This document shows, piece by piece, positions 32,206-44,068 of a DNA stretch of 64,000 nucleotides; the first letter of the stretch is position 1, and every line of letters begins with the position of its first letter. The position numbers were made by a program, and so were the translations under genes. Location: positions 62,001 to 126,000 of the forward strand of contig NW_027191485.1 of NCBI RefSeq assembly GCF_011745625.1, read 5' to 3'. A model generated the notes under the pieces. The model saw only the letters and a list, made by a program, of their open reading frames with translations, searched no databases and was not told the DNA's origin. This DNA comes from Cladosporium halotolerans (lineage: Eukaryota).

Positions 32206-35200
32206 ATGTCCGACATTCAATTGTACCTCTTTGAGGTAGAGAAGAACAAGACAGAAGCTAAGCATGTCGCCGAGCGCAGCGCGCAGAAACTGGAAACCAA
32301 GGAACTGAAGTTGATCGAGTTGATCACCACCTTAGAGGAATACATTAACAACAAAGAAGATGCCGATGTCAGAGCTCATTCAGTCGCCTACCTGGCCGAT
32401 GTGCTCACTGCCGTGAGCCCGAGGGTGCTTTCTGGACAGGAAAGACGGCTGCTCTGCGATTTTGTTCTAGGCAGGATCGAGGGCGATGTCGCTGGGATTG
32501 GGTCTTCCGCTCGAGCGCTGCTTGCGCTTGAGGAGCGTGGCAAATGGGATGCGTCTACTGCTCAGAAAGTGATGAGTACTTTTGTCTCTCACACGACTCC
32601 GCTGAAGCAGTTCAGACTTCAGAGCGAGCGTTACAGCATCCTTCAGCTGATCGACATTCTCATGGCCAAATATCGCAAGCCTATCCAAGACTTGCACGAT
32701 GAAGACCCTGAGTTTCTTCCGAACTTCATCGCCTTCTTCGATGGTGAGAAGGATCCGAGGAATTTAATGATTGTCTTCTCCGTCTTGCAAGTACCAATGA
32801 TGGAGTGGGACGTGTCGCGGTCAGCGCAAGATCTATTTGACTCGGTCTTCAACTATTTTCCAATCACTTTCAAGCCACCGCCGGACGACCCATATGGGAT
32901 CACCGCACAAAATCTGAAAGACAGATTGAAGGACTGCATTGCTGCGACTTCTGACTTCGCCCCTTACGCATTCCCGGCACTCTTGGACAAGCTCGATTCA
33001 AGTTCCATGAACACCAAGCGTGACGTCTTGCACACGCTCCAGGCTTGTATCGTGGGCTATGAGCCCAACACGATCAACCTTTACTCCGTCACCTTGTGGG
33101 ACGCACTCAAGTTTGAGATTCTCGCAGCCCAAGAAGAGGATCTCGCAGTGGAGGCACTGAAAGCCCTCGCTCTGATCGCAACATCTTTTTCCACAGGCCT
33201 CGAAGGCCCTCTTAATGCCTACCTGCGGCCAGTCATCAAGGAATGCAATGAGCACCTTGAGGATGCCCCGACGAAGCAGTCGCAGTCGGCAGGCAGAATT
33301 CTCCACGCCATCTCATCAGCTGCACCTGTTGTTGCAGACAGAACGGCAAAGGGCATCCTGCCCAATCTCTTCGAGCTCTTCAAGTCTTCACAATCGATGT
33401 CCAAGCGCAGAGGGCTGCTTGAAGTTTTCAACGATATCGTCAAGGCTTACATTGAGACGGCCGTAGCGGGCGACACATTGATCCTTGAAGGTCTCCAGGC
33501 GTTCAGCAGCGAGGCTTTGGAGGCTTTGCTTCGCGCTCTTCTCAATGCACCGAAGTCGGAGGTCTCTTTCCGTTTGGTATCGCTAGACGGCCTGGTGAAG
33601 CTCACGGCAATTAGAAGCCTGCTTTCTGATACCGACGTTGAGCGCGCTGTGGACGCTGTCACTAGCGTTGTATTGCACGAGCATCTGGACGGTCACGGAG
33701 ACATTCGCGCGGAGGCGATCGATGCCTTGACGAAGATGGCTTACACTGCTCCTTACGCCGTCAGGGATAAAGCACTACCAGCCTTCGTCGTTGAGCTCCC
33801 TGATGTGCCTCAAGACGAGGCAGCATGCATGCCTGTACTCGAAGCTCTCGCAAAGCTGAGTAGTGCAAAAGAAGCTTTCGACACAATTGCGCTGCGACTG
33901 AAGAACAGGCACACAGCAGCAAGGCAGCAGGGCGCCTCAAAGACGTACCAACAAGCTCTGCTTAAAGCGATCTTGTACGCTTTCACCTTTGGATCGCCTG
34001 CAATGGAGAGCGGGATCATTCGCAGCTCATACTTCTCCGATTTTGCCGAGCCACTTGTGCGCCAGGTCCAGCAGACACCCGTTGCAGAATGGGATGCCAC
34101 AGAACTTGAGATCATCGGCAGGATCTGCAACGCCTTGTTGAGGCCTCAGATCTCGCACTTCCAGAGCGCGATCTACAATACCAACACACAGTGGCTTTCA
34201 CCTGCAGTCGAGGAGGGAGGTGGAGCGCAAGACATCGTGCAGAGCATCGCTCCTTTCACCCTCTACTATTACGCCGCCATCCGGCCAGCAGTGGTGGAGT
34301 CGGCCGACATCCTCAATGTGCTCAAGACACACGCGGGTATCGTCCTGAGCGCCCCAAAGCTCGATCCAAGCCATGGCGTCCTACTTCGCCACATCACGCT
34401 CCTGGTCAACAAATTCGCCGACCCGAAGATCATGCACGAGACCCTCCGATCAGCAGGCCTCGACGTCGAGGGCCTTCTCTCCGACAATCCCGGCCCGCAG
34501 CAAATCAGCCTCTCCTTCGCGGTCGTCAAGGCTCTCCTGACCCAAGGCAAAACCTCTGCCCTCACCTCCTCCTACCTCCAGCTCCTCCTCAACCTCCTCC
34601 CAACAACCACTCCCTCCAGCGCCCGCCTCTTCACCACCCTCCTTGCGCCAGACGACATCCTCACGAAGCAAAACCACTGCCCCATTTCCGGCCTCTACAA
34701 GCAAAAAGCCTTCAACGCCCTCGTCCCGGCCCTCACCGCCGCCCTGCGCGCCAGCCCCACCCCAGAATCCAAAACAAACCACCTCCTCGCCCTCGCCGGC
34801 CTCCTCCCCCACCTCTCCTACTCCGTTCTCGAGGCCTCGCTCCCCACCCTCGTCGCCCCACTCTTGCAAACCCTCGACCTCGCCGCCGACCAGCCCGCCA
34901 AGGCCTCCGCGCTCGCCATCTTCGAGTCCGTCCTCATGCACGACCCGGCCCTCGTCGCCGAGCACGCCGCCTCGCTCATCACGCGCCTGCTCAATTGCAC
35001 GGCTGCGCCGGCGAACACGGCTGCGGTGCGCGCGCGCGCCCTGCAGTGTCTGGCGCTTGTGCCGAGGCAGTTGAAGCGCGAGGCGGTCGTGCCGTATCGC
35101 AGGCAGATCGTGAAGAGGTTGATGGCTGTGTTGGATGATAGGAAGAGGAGCGTGAGATCGGAGGCGGTGAAGTGTCGCGGTGCTTGGTTGGCGCTTGAGG

Positions 35201-35223
35201 AGGCGGAGGAAGAGGAGGAGTAG
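32206..35223 (+). CDS. MMS19: MMS19/MET18 cytosolic Fe-S assembly targeting factor (HEAT repeats), 1005 aa
   Basis: FDGEKDPRNLM, FNYFPITFKPPPDDPYGIT and LWDALKFE; C-terminal LDDRKRSVRSEAVKCRGAW. Confidence 0.95.
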   Translation: MSDIQLYLFEVEKNKTEAKHVAERSAQKLETKELKLIELITTLEEYINNKEDADVRAHSVAYLADVLTAVSPRVLSGQERRLLCDFVLGRIEGDVAGIGSSARALLALEERGKWDASTAQKVMSTFVSHTTPLKQFRLQSERYSILQLIDILMAKYRKPIQDLHDEDPEFLPNFIAFFDGEKDPRNLMIVFSVLQVPMMEWDVSRSAQDLFDSVFNYFPITFKPPPDDPYGITAQNLKDRLKDCIAATSDFAPYAFPALLDKLDSSSMNTKRDVLHTLQACIVGYEPNTINLYSVTLWDALKFEILAAQEEDLAVEALKALALIATSFSTGLEGPLNAYLRPVIKECNEHLEDAPTKQSQSAGRILHAISSAAPVVADRTAKGILPNLFELFKSSQSMSKRRGLLEVFNDIVKAYIETAVAGDTLILEGLQAFSSEALEALLRALLNAPKSEVSFRLVSLDGLVKLTAIRSLLSDTDVERAVDAVTSVVLHEHLDGHGDIRAEAIDALTKMAYTAPYAVRDKALPAFVVELPDVPQDEAACMPVLEALAKLSSAKEAFDTIALRLKNRHTAARQQGASKTYQQALLKAILYAFTFGSPAMESGIIRSSYFSDFAEPLVRQVQQTPVAEWDATELEIIGRICNALLRPQISHFQSAIYNTNTQWLSPAVEEGGGAQDIVQSIAPFTLYYYAAIRPAVVESADILNVLKTHAGIVLSAPKLDPSHGVLLRHITLLVNKFADPKIMHETLRSAGLDVEGLLSDNPGPQQISLSFAVVKALLTQGKTSALTSSYLQLLLNLLPTTTPSSARLFTTLLAPDDILTKQNHCPISGLYKQKAFNALVPALTAALRASPTPESKTNHLLALAGLLPHLSYSVLEASLPTLVAPLLQTLDLAADQPAKASALAIFESVLMHDPALVAEHAASLITRLLNCTAAPANTAAVRARALQCLALVPRQLKREAVVPYRRQIVKRLMAVLDDRKRSVRSEAVKCRGAWLALEEAEEEEE

Positions 35224-35659
35224 ATGGGATGCCAATGATTGGACGCTGTTGGATGACGTGATGATTGGGATGCGGTCGTATATAGCGTAGACAACATGAC
35301 ATGAAGTTCACGTTCTTTCCATGCACGGATCGAGGAGGTGATACATGGCGGCTCAACTTGGAATGGGTCTGTTCACCATCACCACTCCCTCGGAGCTTCA
35401 CGTAGCGCCTTGCAAGGCCTTATGACACCTTTCGGGGTTAACATCGTGGGATTCCGTTCTGTTCTGTCCTAATCACTGCACGGTCCCTTTCCAAACTCCG
35501 CTTTTCGCATCATCACTCGTTATTATTACACAAACACCTTATTCACTTTCCTGCCGAGGCTCAACCAAGAAGAAAAGGAAAAAGCCACCAAGAAAGAAGC
35601 AAAAGAGGCATTTTCTCACACCTCTAGCGCCATTCGTTCGGACGGCAGGCTCCCCTCAT

Positions 35660-38600
35660 TCAACCCCTAGGCACACTTGCCCTATCCTCGTAAACGTACC
35701 CAGCCTGCAGCTGCGGCTGCGGCGCAGGACGGTGCGTGTGATGCATCGTCTGCGGAGGCTGCAGAGCTGGGGTCGCGTACTCGCCATGGCGCGCGTACTG
35801 CTGCTCGTACGGGTGCTGCATGTACTGGACGGGGGCAGGTGCGGCGTTGACGGGAATGAGCTCGTGGCCGTACTCGTCGACGTAAACCGTCCTCGGCGGC
35901 TGCTGGCGGTGGTCGTAGCGGTAAGAGGGCATCGCCGGGGTGTTGGAGATGGGGACGTATTGGACGGGAGCGGGCTTGGCATCGTATGGCTGGTGGTGGT
36001 AGTGGTAGGGGGCGGGCTCGTCCTCGTAGGCGACGCGGAAGCGCGGTGGAGAGCGAGGGGCGTAGACTGGAGCAGGCGCTGGGGCGGGCTCGAAGTGCGA
36101 GTTGCGCGTGAAGTGGTGCGCATTGCGCATAAGGGCGGCTTGCAGGTCTTGGCCGTCGTTGCGAGCGGTTGAGGCCTCGACGGAGCCGCGGTAGTTGTCG
36201 CCGAACATTTGGCGGCTGCTTGGCCTGCTGCTCTGGGCGCGGGCGTATGACTGCTGTGGACGCGGGTCATACGGTTGGTATGGATGCGGGTCGTACGCCT
36301 GGTACGGCGTGTGGGTAAGCGCACGGTTGATGGCTGAAAAAGGAGTAGAGGACGCAGCTGAGCCTTGGATTTGCCCCTGAATTCCGGCCTTGATGGAAGC
36401 GATGTCCGGAATGGCTTGCGGCAATGCCTGTTGCGTGGCAATTCGTTGACCATTCTCTGTGCGTGACTCTGGTCGTCCAACCGAAGGTCTCCTCTCTCTT
36501 ACATTCGATGCCGCCGCCTTCCCAATCTGATAGGCTCCGAGCTTGTCGAGAGCAGCAAGTAGTTCCGGAGACAGGTTGATGTCCACGTGCGGAACTTCGC
36601 GAGGAGCCTCATCCTTGCGAGGAGTCTCCTTGTTGCGAGAGAGATAAGTATCGTAACGAGCGAGATCGAACTCTTCTGGCTCTTGCCTCACGAACACAGG
36701 ATGCTGCGGGTCATATTCATCCGCGTTTGGTCCTTCGGGAGAAGCCTCATCCTTGCGGTGAGCCTCGTTCTTGCGAGACAGATCAGTATCATAACGAGCG
36801 GGATCAAATTCTTCTGGCTCTTTCTTCACGAACACAGAATGCTGCGGGTCGTATTCATCCGCGGCTGGCTCCGGTCCCAGCTCAGGCGAGCCGTCCGTGG
36901 CGTGCGAGAACGCCTGGCGGTTCTTATTCTTCTTCTTGCTCTGCCGCGGGCCCTCCGCATGCTTCCTAACCATCCGTGTGGCGAGCGTATCGTCCGCGCG
37001 TGGCTCTGGACGAGTCTCCTGGACAGTGGGGAGCGGAGGCTGTTTGAACACCAAGGGCAACGCTTCGGCGATTAGAGCCAGCTTCTGGTCGGTCATTCCA
37101 GGCTTGTGGATTAGTCCGCGGACCGCCTCCGGCTCTGCGATCTCGACTATTTCCTTTTCCCAGTCAAGCTGTCCTTCAAGCCGTCCTCTCGACTCATGGA
37201 ATAGCTTGTAGTGCACAACAAGATCAATGAGGCTGCGAGGGTTCTCGTAGACCCGCACACCATACGGTGCCTGATCACCGGATACGGCAACTTGTTCAAG
37301 AGCGCATTGCTTGCACAGCAGCCAAGAGGTAGCCTTGAGTGGGCTCACGAATTTCCTGCTGTGCAAAACAACCGTAAGAAGATCCAAGTCGGGCAATTTC
37401 TTGAAGCGCTCGATAAAGCGGGTCGTTGCGTGGTTGATCACAGTCTGCACGCGTACACATTCGAGAATCCCTTGAAGCTCGTTGACGCCATCCAACTTGT
37501 CCCAGACTTCACGGGCATGCGAGGCGAACGTGTCAATCTCAGCCGACGAGTAAGAGATAGACTGTGTGCCCGAGAACGCAGGGTTCTCCGAGAGCAAAGG
37601 GACATGGGCCGGAGAAATGTGTCCCTTGTTCTTGCGGGGATGAGGTTTGCCTTGGGGGCGTCCAATAGGGGCGGGAGTCCATCCACTCGTCGTAAAGATC
37701 TCTTCTGGGTGATCATGAAAAGGAGGCTCATCCGGCCACTCTGTGGTCTGCCAGCGAACAGTACTATTATCGACAGAGAAATCATCGGTATGCTTGGCTG
37801 CGTAATGCTGGACCAGGCCGTCGAAGGTGAACCAATGTTCATCGCACCCGGCGCAGGCAAACAGGCCGCAGGTGATAGGGTCCGTGTAAATCCGGATTTT
37901 CTTTTCAAACACCCATTTCATAAGCTCCAGAGACAGAAAAGGTTTCTGTGGCGGGGAAGACGCGCCACCGGCCTTGGGGCCGGGTTCCAAGATGGATGAG
38001 AGGATCCCACCATCTTTGTCCTCGTCGAATCTCCTGCGGACATACAGAAGCACATCGACTGCAAACAAAGCGCAGCCGTTCATGTCCAGAGAACGCCCCT
38101 GGTGCCAATAACCGTTGATACGATCACTTGCGTATTCACCCAGCTTTGAGCGAAGTGGCAATTGAACCGCTTCATAGTGGCGATCAGAGGCTTTCTTCGC
38201 TGACCGCTCAGCTAAGCGCATGTCCGACTTTGTTAGCATAGTCGATTGTTGAACCTCCATAATCGCACGCTTATGGCTTTCGTTATATTCCTGCATCTCA
38301 GCTGCCTCTCGCTCCTTCAGGATCTTCGGCTTGAGCAGGTTTTCCCAGAATTCATCGGTGAGAGTGTTCGTGATTAGCAAGGTATCTCTGAAACACTCCA
38401 TGTGTTTCAATGCTTGCGGCTGCAAGGGAGGCTCGAGCTCCAAGCAGCGCCTCGCGATATCCGCGCGAAGAGCCTCGCGAGCGCCACCAACCTTGGGTGC
38501 ACCGCATGCGGTTCGCGGAGGCCGAGGAATAGCCTGGTTAGCAGTTGGAGCATTGGATTTGTCCGATGCAGACAATATACTAGTAGAAGCAACAACTCGT

Positions 38601-40322
38601 GGAGGCAATGGGTGTGCGCCTAATAAATTTGTTAGATCTTCCGTCACCTTTTTTGCAGATTCAACTCAATTTATGCGAGGCGGGAATATATGAAAGACAT
38701 CACCAGTAATGCCCCGGAAGGACTTGGCAAGTTGTTAAAACATGACAAGCTCGGGCAAAAAAGGAAAGAATTTGACAGTCAAAGAGAGACTTGTTGTTGA
38801 CTTACCGCGCGGAGGAGGCGGTGGAAGCACTCCACTTACGGGTACAGGCTGGCTTGTCGATTGCTGCTGTTGGTTTGACAATTGTTCCACATCACCAGAA
38901 TGGTTTGGTTGCTTTCCCGCGGTGTCAGAACAGATAGCGCGTTCACACTCTCTGAGCACCTCAGCAATGAAGAGGGGATGCAATGATGCTTCCCATCGCT
39001 CCCATCGCGAGGCGTCAGACATCGCATCTTTTCCTCTCTGCGGAAGCCCTTTGCGCCATTCGTCGACAGCGCCGGGGCCAAAACTAAGCACTTCCTGGAA
39101 CTCAGCAGTTATACGGTCCACGTCATCTATGCTGTAGGTTTTCTGAATGCGAAGATGGCCAGGGATGCCGTTCGGAGTCTGACGGATGTGGTCGGGCACG
39201 AAATGGCCATCGGGAGTTCGAAAGGCGTGTGGAATAGCGCGAATGAGGGACGCAGCTTGGTCTTTCGTGATCAGAACCTCGATGTCCTCATCATCATGTC
39301 AGCCATGGCGCCATTGGATTACACTTCTAAAGATAACTTACTGTGAGAGATCTTTTGGCAAAGCAAGTGCCGCAAAGACGAACACGATGACCCCAAATTA
39401 CACGGACGCCGCTCTCCCCCGGACCAGCATTGAAGGGGTTGGTCCCGAGAGGCTTTACGGGCGGCTTGCCGCAGGATTGGCAAGTGGAGTTTCCGATGAG
39501 TTGCAGCATTTCCAGCTCTGTGAAACCCTGCATAGGCTTAGGCAGGGTGGGGTATACGGTTTTGCGCGCATGTGCCCAGACGGCATTACTGTCTGGAATA
39601 CGTGTGGCATCCCTTGTACCTGCGGACTGAGTGGGTGTCCCTCCGGTCAGGTAGAAGTAGAAAGGTTTGCTGACTCGCAGGCACTTAGCGAGCGTGGCCG
39701 GTGACAAATTCAAGGCTATCTTCAACCAGATCTCCGCAGGCAACTTATGAACAGCGGGAACACCATCGCTTGTTGGCACAGCTGAAGACGCCGTAGGCGT
39801 GGCATGAGGACCACTGTCATCTGTTTCCGCAGCTGGAGGCGCCGTAGGCAACCCATGAACGTTGGGACCAATGGTGCTCGTTGGCGCAGCTGGAGGTGCG
39901 ACTTTGACCTTTTTGGCTGAGTCTGGAGCGCCGCCGACGGTGTCGGCAGCATCCAATCCCGCGTTGTTCAATTTGCGCTTCGCTCCTGCACGTGCGGCTT
40001 CATCAATGTCTGAGCGCGCAGAGAACGTGGGACCCGCGGCTCCATCCGATACATCCATTTCAGAAGTCTTTTCTTCATTGTTTTGCAGCAAGTCCCTCGA
40101 GAGGTGGCGACCCTCGGGCTCCTGTGAAGTCATGTTTGCTCCGGCAATTGGCAGGTCCAACGAGGGTTGGCAATCCTCCGGCTGCTGGGGCACAATTGAT
40201 GCACTCACAGGTGGCATCTGTGAGTGGTGTAGAGCAGGCGCGTCGGGCGCGTCTGCTGTATAGAGTTGCGAAGACGAGGAGGGTGGCGCCTCGCTCGTCT
40301 GCCTACCGTCGGCCTCGGCCAT
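35660..40322 (-). CDS. Large F-box protein with Cys clusters and C2H2 zinc fingers, ~1473 aa, 3 exons
   Basis: Exons 40322-39342, 39286-38806 and 38619-35660 join three ORF-track ORFs in frame. F-box-like LPAEIWLKIALNLSPATLAKCLRVSK, CQSCG..CGTC, C2H2 FACAGCDE..GLVQHYAAKH and CKQC..HYKLFH, and a Y/P/Q-rich tail. Confidence 0.82.
36606..36863. repeat. 138-bp (46-aa) in-frame tandem duplication in the F-box gene
   Basis: ADEYDPQHSVFVKKEPEEFDPARYDTDLSRKNEAHRKDEA vs ADEYDPQHPVFVRQEPEEFDLARYDTYLSRNKETPRKDEA. The DNA copies start at 36606 and 36744. Confidence 0.9.
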
Positions 40323-41119
40323 GCGTCTCACGCGCGTGGCCACGCGCTCGACGTTTGTTTGTTTGTTTGTTTTGAATTTATTTTTCAGGACGCGACTGCG
40401 CGTACAACTGAACGGGAAGAGAGGGGTCTACGTGTGTTAGATGAACGACAAGCAGCCGCGGTGTGGAGTCGGAGAGAGGGGAATGCCACAGACAGCGGCG
40501 CAGGGGAAGAGTGAGAAAAGGGAGGCGGTACTTATGGCGCACAGGCAACGAGCGCCGAGTACATGCGCTGTGCGTGCGAGACGGCTGACAAGCGGTAAAG
40601 GGAGGGAGATGAGGAAGACAGGCTCCGCGGGTTACGTGGCGGCTGTGATCGTTGGTGTGTGTTGTGGTGCAGTGAAGGTTGACGAAGCTGCGCCAGTCGC
40701 GAAATTGTAGGGCGAGATGCGAGCTTGGACCCTTGCCACCAGCCGGGGAAGGCGCGCGGTCCCCTGGTCTGCCTCAGGCCGCCTGCGACGCCAACAGACA
40801 GCCAGCTGGGCCGAGAGGTGCAGATCACGTGAGAGGTGACGTCGTACGGGCGGCGGGCTCGGTTTGGAGCGCGAGCTGGGCGAAGCAACAGCACGCAAGC
40901 TGGACCGCAGCACGAGCAGGCAGTACTCAAAGACATATCCGCCTGCATACCCAACCTCGCTCACGTCCCACTCCTGCTGCGATTCTTCCCCCGCAGCACT
41001 TCACGACTGGCCGATCCACGCTTTAGCCAGTCGATTGAATATTTCGTCCATTCCGTACACAACCGCGACTCTCCCACTGCTTGCCGGCCCCGTGCCTGCA
41101 AGCTGTCATCCCGCCCGCC

Positions 41120-43706
41120 ATGGCCTCCCTCAATCTCTCTAGCAATGGCCCTTCTATCTCCGCCTCCTACCAGAAGATCGTAAACTCGCCGCCGCCTTCC
41201 GGCCCTGCCGCGAACTCGCCCACATACGGCCAATGGGCCGTCTTCGCCGTCCAGGCCCCGCTCGCCAATGCCTTCCAGCCCGACCCCAGCAAGGAAAGCG
41301 TGCTGAAAGTGCAGACCACCGGCGAGGGCGAGCTGGTCGACATGCTCGATGACTTCTCCGACGGCAAGATCCAGTTCGCCTTCGTCAAGGTCAAGGACAC
41401 CAACTCTGGCCTGCCCAAGAACGTGCTTGTGTGCTGGTGCGGCGAGGGTGTCCCCGAGAGGACCAAGGGCTACTTCACCAGCCACATGAACGCTGTTTCC
41501 AAGCTGCTTCACGGATACCACGTGCAGATCACCGCTCGCTCGGAGCAGGACCTTACGCCCGAGGGTATTGTGCAGAAGGTCGCGGACTCCTCCGGATCTA
41601 AGTATGGTGGTGGCAGCGGAGGCGTCTCTGCGCCGTCCACCGGCGGCCCTAAGCCTCCCGTGGCCTCCAAGCCGGCCATGCCAACTAAGAGCTTTGGTGT
41701 AAGCACTGGTTCTTACTCTATGGGTGGACGTAGCAGAGCACCTCCGCCCGCCGCCAAGGTCGATGCGGATGGCTGGGGTGAGGACGCGCCGCCTGTTACA
41801 AGATCGCAATTGGAAAAGGTCGGCTCTGCATACCAGCCTACAAAGGTGGACATGGCATCGCTTCAGTCTGGACCCGACGCCTCAAGGTCGAAGGGACCTG
41901 ACGCCGCGCCGTCCAACCCGGACGTGGTCAAGGGTGGCTACCAGCCCATTGGCAAGGTTGACATCAACGCCATCCGCCAACAAGCACAATCCTCCCAGGA
42001 CGACCGGCCTACCGTTGTCAAGGGTGCGTACGAGCCTGTTGGCAAAGTCGACATTGCAGACATCCGCCGCAAAGCCCAGGGATCTGCCTCTCCGGCCCAG
42101 CCTTCGCCTCCTCCTGCTCCTGCTGCGGATGATGAGGACGACAGACCCAAGTCACTCGCCGACCGCTCTGCCGCTTTCACTTCTTCTGAGAGAATGACTT
42201 CGCTTCCCAAGCCCAAAGTGGCCAACCGCTTCGGCTCGACCACGAGCTCTTTCGCTGGAACCAAGGCCCCCACTCCCGGCGGCTTCGAGTCCAAGCCCAT
42301 CGCCACTTCTGCACCCATCGGCGCCGCCGGTCGAACATTCGCCGACTCAGCTGGCAAGACTCCCGCTCAGCAATGGGCTGAGAAGAAAGCACGCGAGCGT
42401 GGCAACAGCGGTGCTGCGGACACAATCTCGCCCTCTGGTACCGGTGCTGCCGCTGCTGCAAGCCCCGTCCAGAGCCAGCAAAGTGGAGGTTGGCAGAGCG
42501 GCTATTCTGGCAAGAAGTGGGGTGTGCAAATGCCCACCAGGACCGGTGGCAGCGGCATCAGCGAACAGAAGACCGGCCAGGACGAGCCGCCGCAGCAACA
42601 AGAGGAGGAGAACGAAGCCCCTAGCGGTGGCATTGGAAACATCCGCGACCGCTTCAACAACGCTCCCCCCATGGGCGCTGCACGCGAGGCCCCCAGCGCT
42701 CCCGAACCTCGCGCTCCCTCGCCCCCGCCGCTCGACACCGCCAGCAAGCCCAACGCCGGCGCCGGCCGCGGCGTGCCCATCCCAGGCATGATGCCCCCAC
42801 CTCCCCAAACCCAACCCGACGAAGAGGAAGAGGACGACCAGCCCCCGCCCCCTCCCCCCGGCCGTCCCACCGAAGAGCACGTCAACATGCCTCCCCCGCC
42901 TCCCCGCCCCATGCCCGCCGACGAGCCCTCCGACGACGACGAACCCATGCCGCAAGGCCAGGGCTCGCCCATCCCCATCGCCCGCCCCGTCCCCCGCGGC
43001 CCCTCCCCGGAGCCCCTGGAGAAGGCCGAATCCCACGCCCCGCCGCCCCCGATGCCCGCGGACTCCATCGCGCAGGCCGCCGCCCGCACGCAGCCCGAAG
43101 AGCCCGAGCCGGCAGTCGAGGAGGAGGACCCCGCGCGCGGCGCCGGCCAAGCGGCCGCCGCGGCCTCTTTCGGCGAAGCCCAGGATCCGCACGCGGGTGC
43201 CGCCGGCAGCGGCGGGCACGAGGCCGTCGCGCAGTACGATTACGAGAAGGCGGAGGACAACGAGCTCGAGCTGCGCGAGGGCGAGCGCGTGTTCAACATT
43301 GACATGGTCGATGAGGACTGGTGGATGGGCGAGAACAGCCGGGGCGAGAAGGGTCTGTTCCCGAGCAACTATGTTGAGCTGGTCGAGGGCGGTGGCGCCG
43401 GTGGTGCCGCTCCGCCCCCTCCTGCTCCGGAGCCAGCGGCTGCTGCTGCTCCGCCGCCTGCGCCGGCTCAGTCGGCTGGTGGCAAGACTGCTACTGCGCA
43501 GTATGATTACGAGGCTGCGGAGGACAATGAGCTTAGCTTCCCTGATGGCGCCAAGGTTACTGGCATTGTAAGTGGAAGTCTCAAAGTAACGTGTCATGAG
43601 ACAAGGCTGACTTTCAACACAGGAATTCCCCGACGACGACTGGTGGTTCGGCCACTACGGCGGCAAGTCTGGCCTGTTCCCTGCCAACTACGTCGAGCTC
43701 GATTAA
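41120..43706 (+). CDS. ABP1: Actin-binding protein Abp1 (ADF-H, Pro-rich region, two SH3), ~843 aa, 2 exons
   Basis: ADF-H domain (GKIQFAFVKVKD..LPKNVLVCWCGEGVPERTKG), YQPIGKVDI repeats and SH3 AQYDYEKAEDNEL..WWMG..GLFPSNYV. Intron 43568-43622 completes the second SH3 (EFPDDDWWFG..GLFPANYVELD). Confidence 0.95.
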
Positions 43707-44068
43707 GAGGAGAGGAGGGTGATATAGCGAAGCGAAAATGGAGAGGTAGTCTTTTTGACGAGTTGTACACAGCGTCTCATCAAGCGTGGCGCAGCGTATC
43801 GTAGAGCATGTCGTCCGCGGATGCAAGCAAAATCGTAAAAGCAATCACAACGAAGAACAGCGCATGTCTTTCCACCACAATTACTCGTTTCCGCTACCAG
43901 CTCTCATGATCGCCGTTCAAGGGTATATGCACGCTTCATATCGCATCAGACAACCAACCAACCATCCCACCTCCTGCTATCACCACCAATGATCCGTCTC
44001 CAGCCCCAGCCAGCATTACATTACCTCCCCCTTCCCTCTCCTACTCCCCTCTCCACCTCTTCTCCTCC

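Noticed and set aside
14914..35223. JAC1 and MMS19 as an Fe-S biogenesis cluster
   Set aside because: They are ~16 kb apart with unrelated genes between, act in different compartments, and share no visible motif. Probably coincidence.
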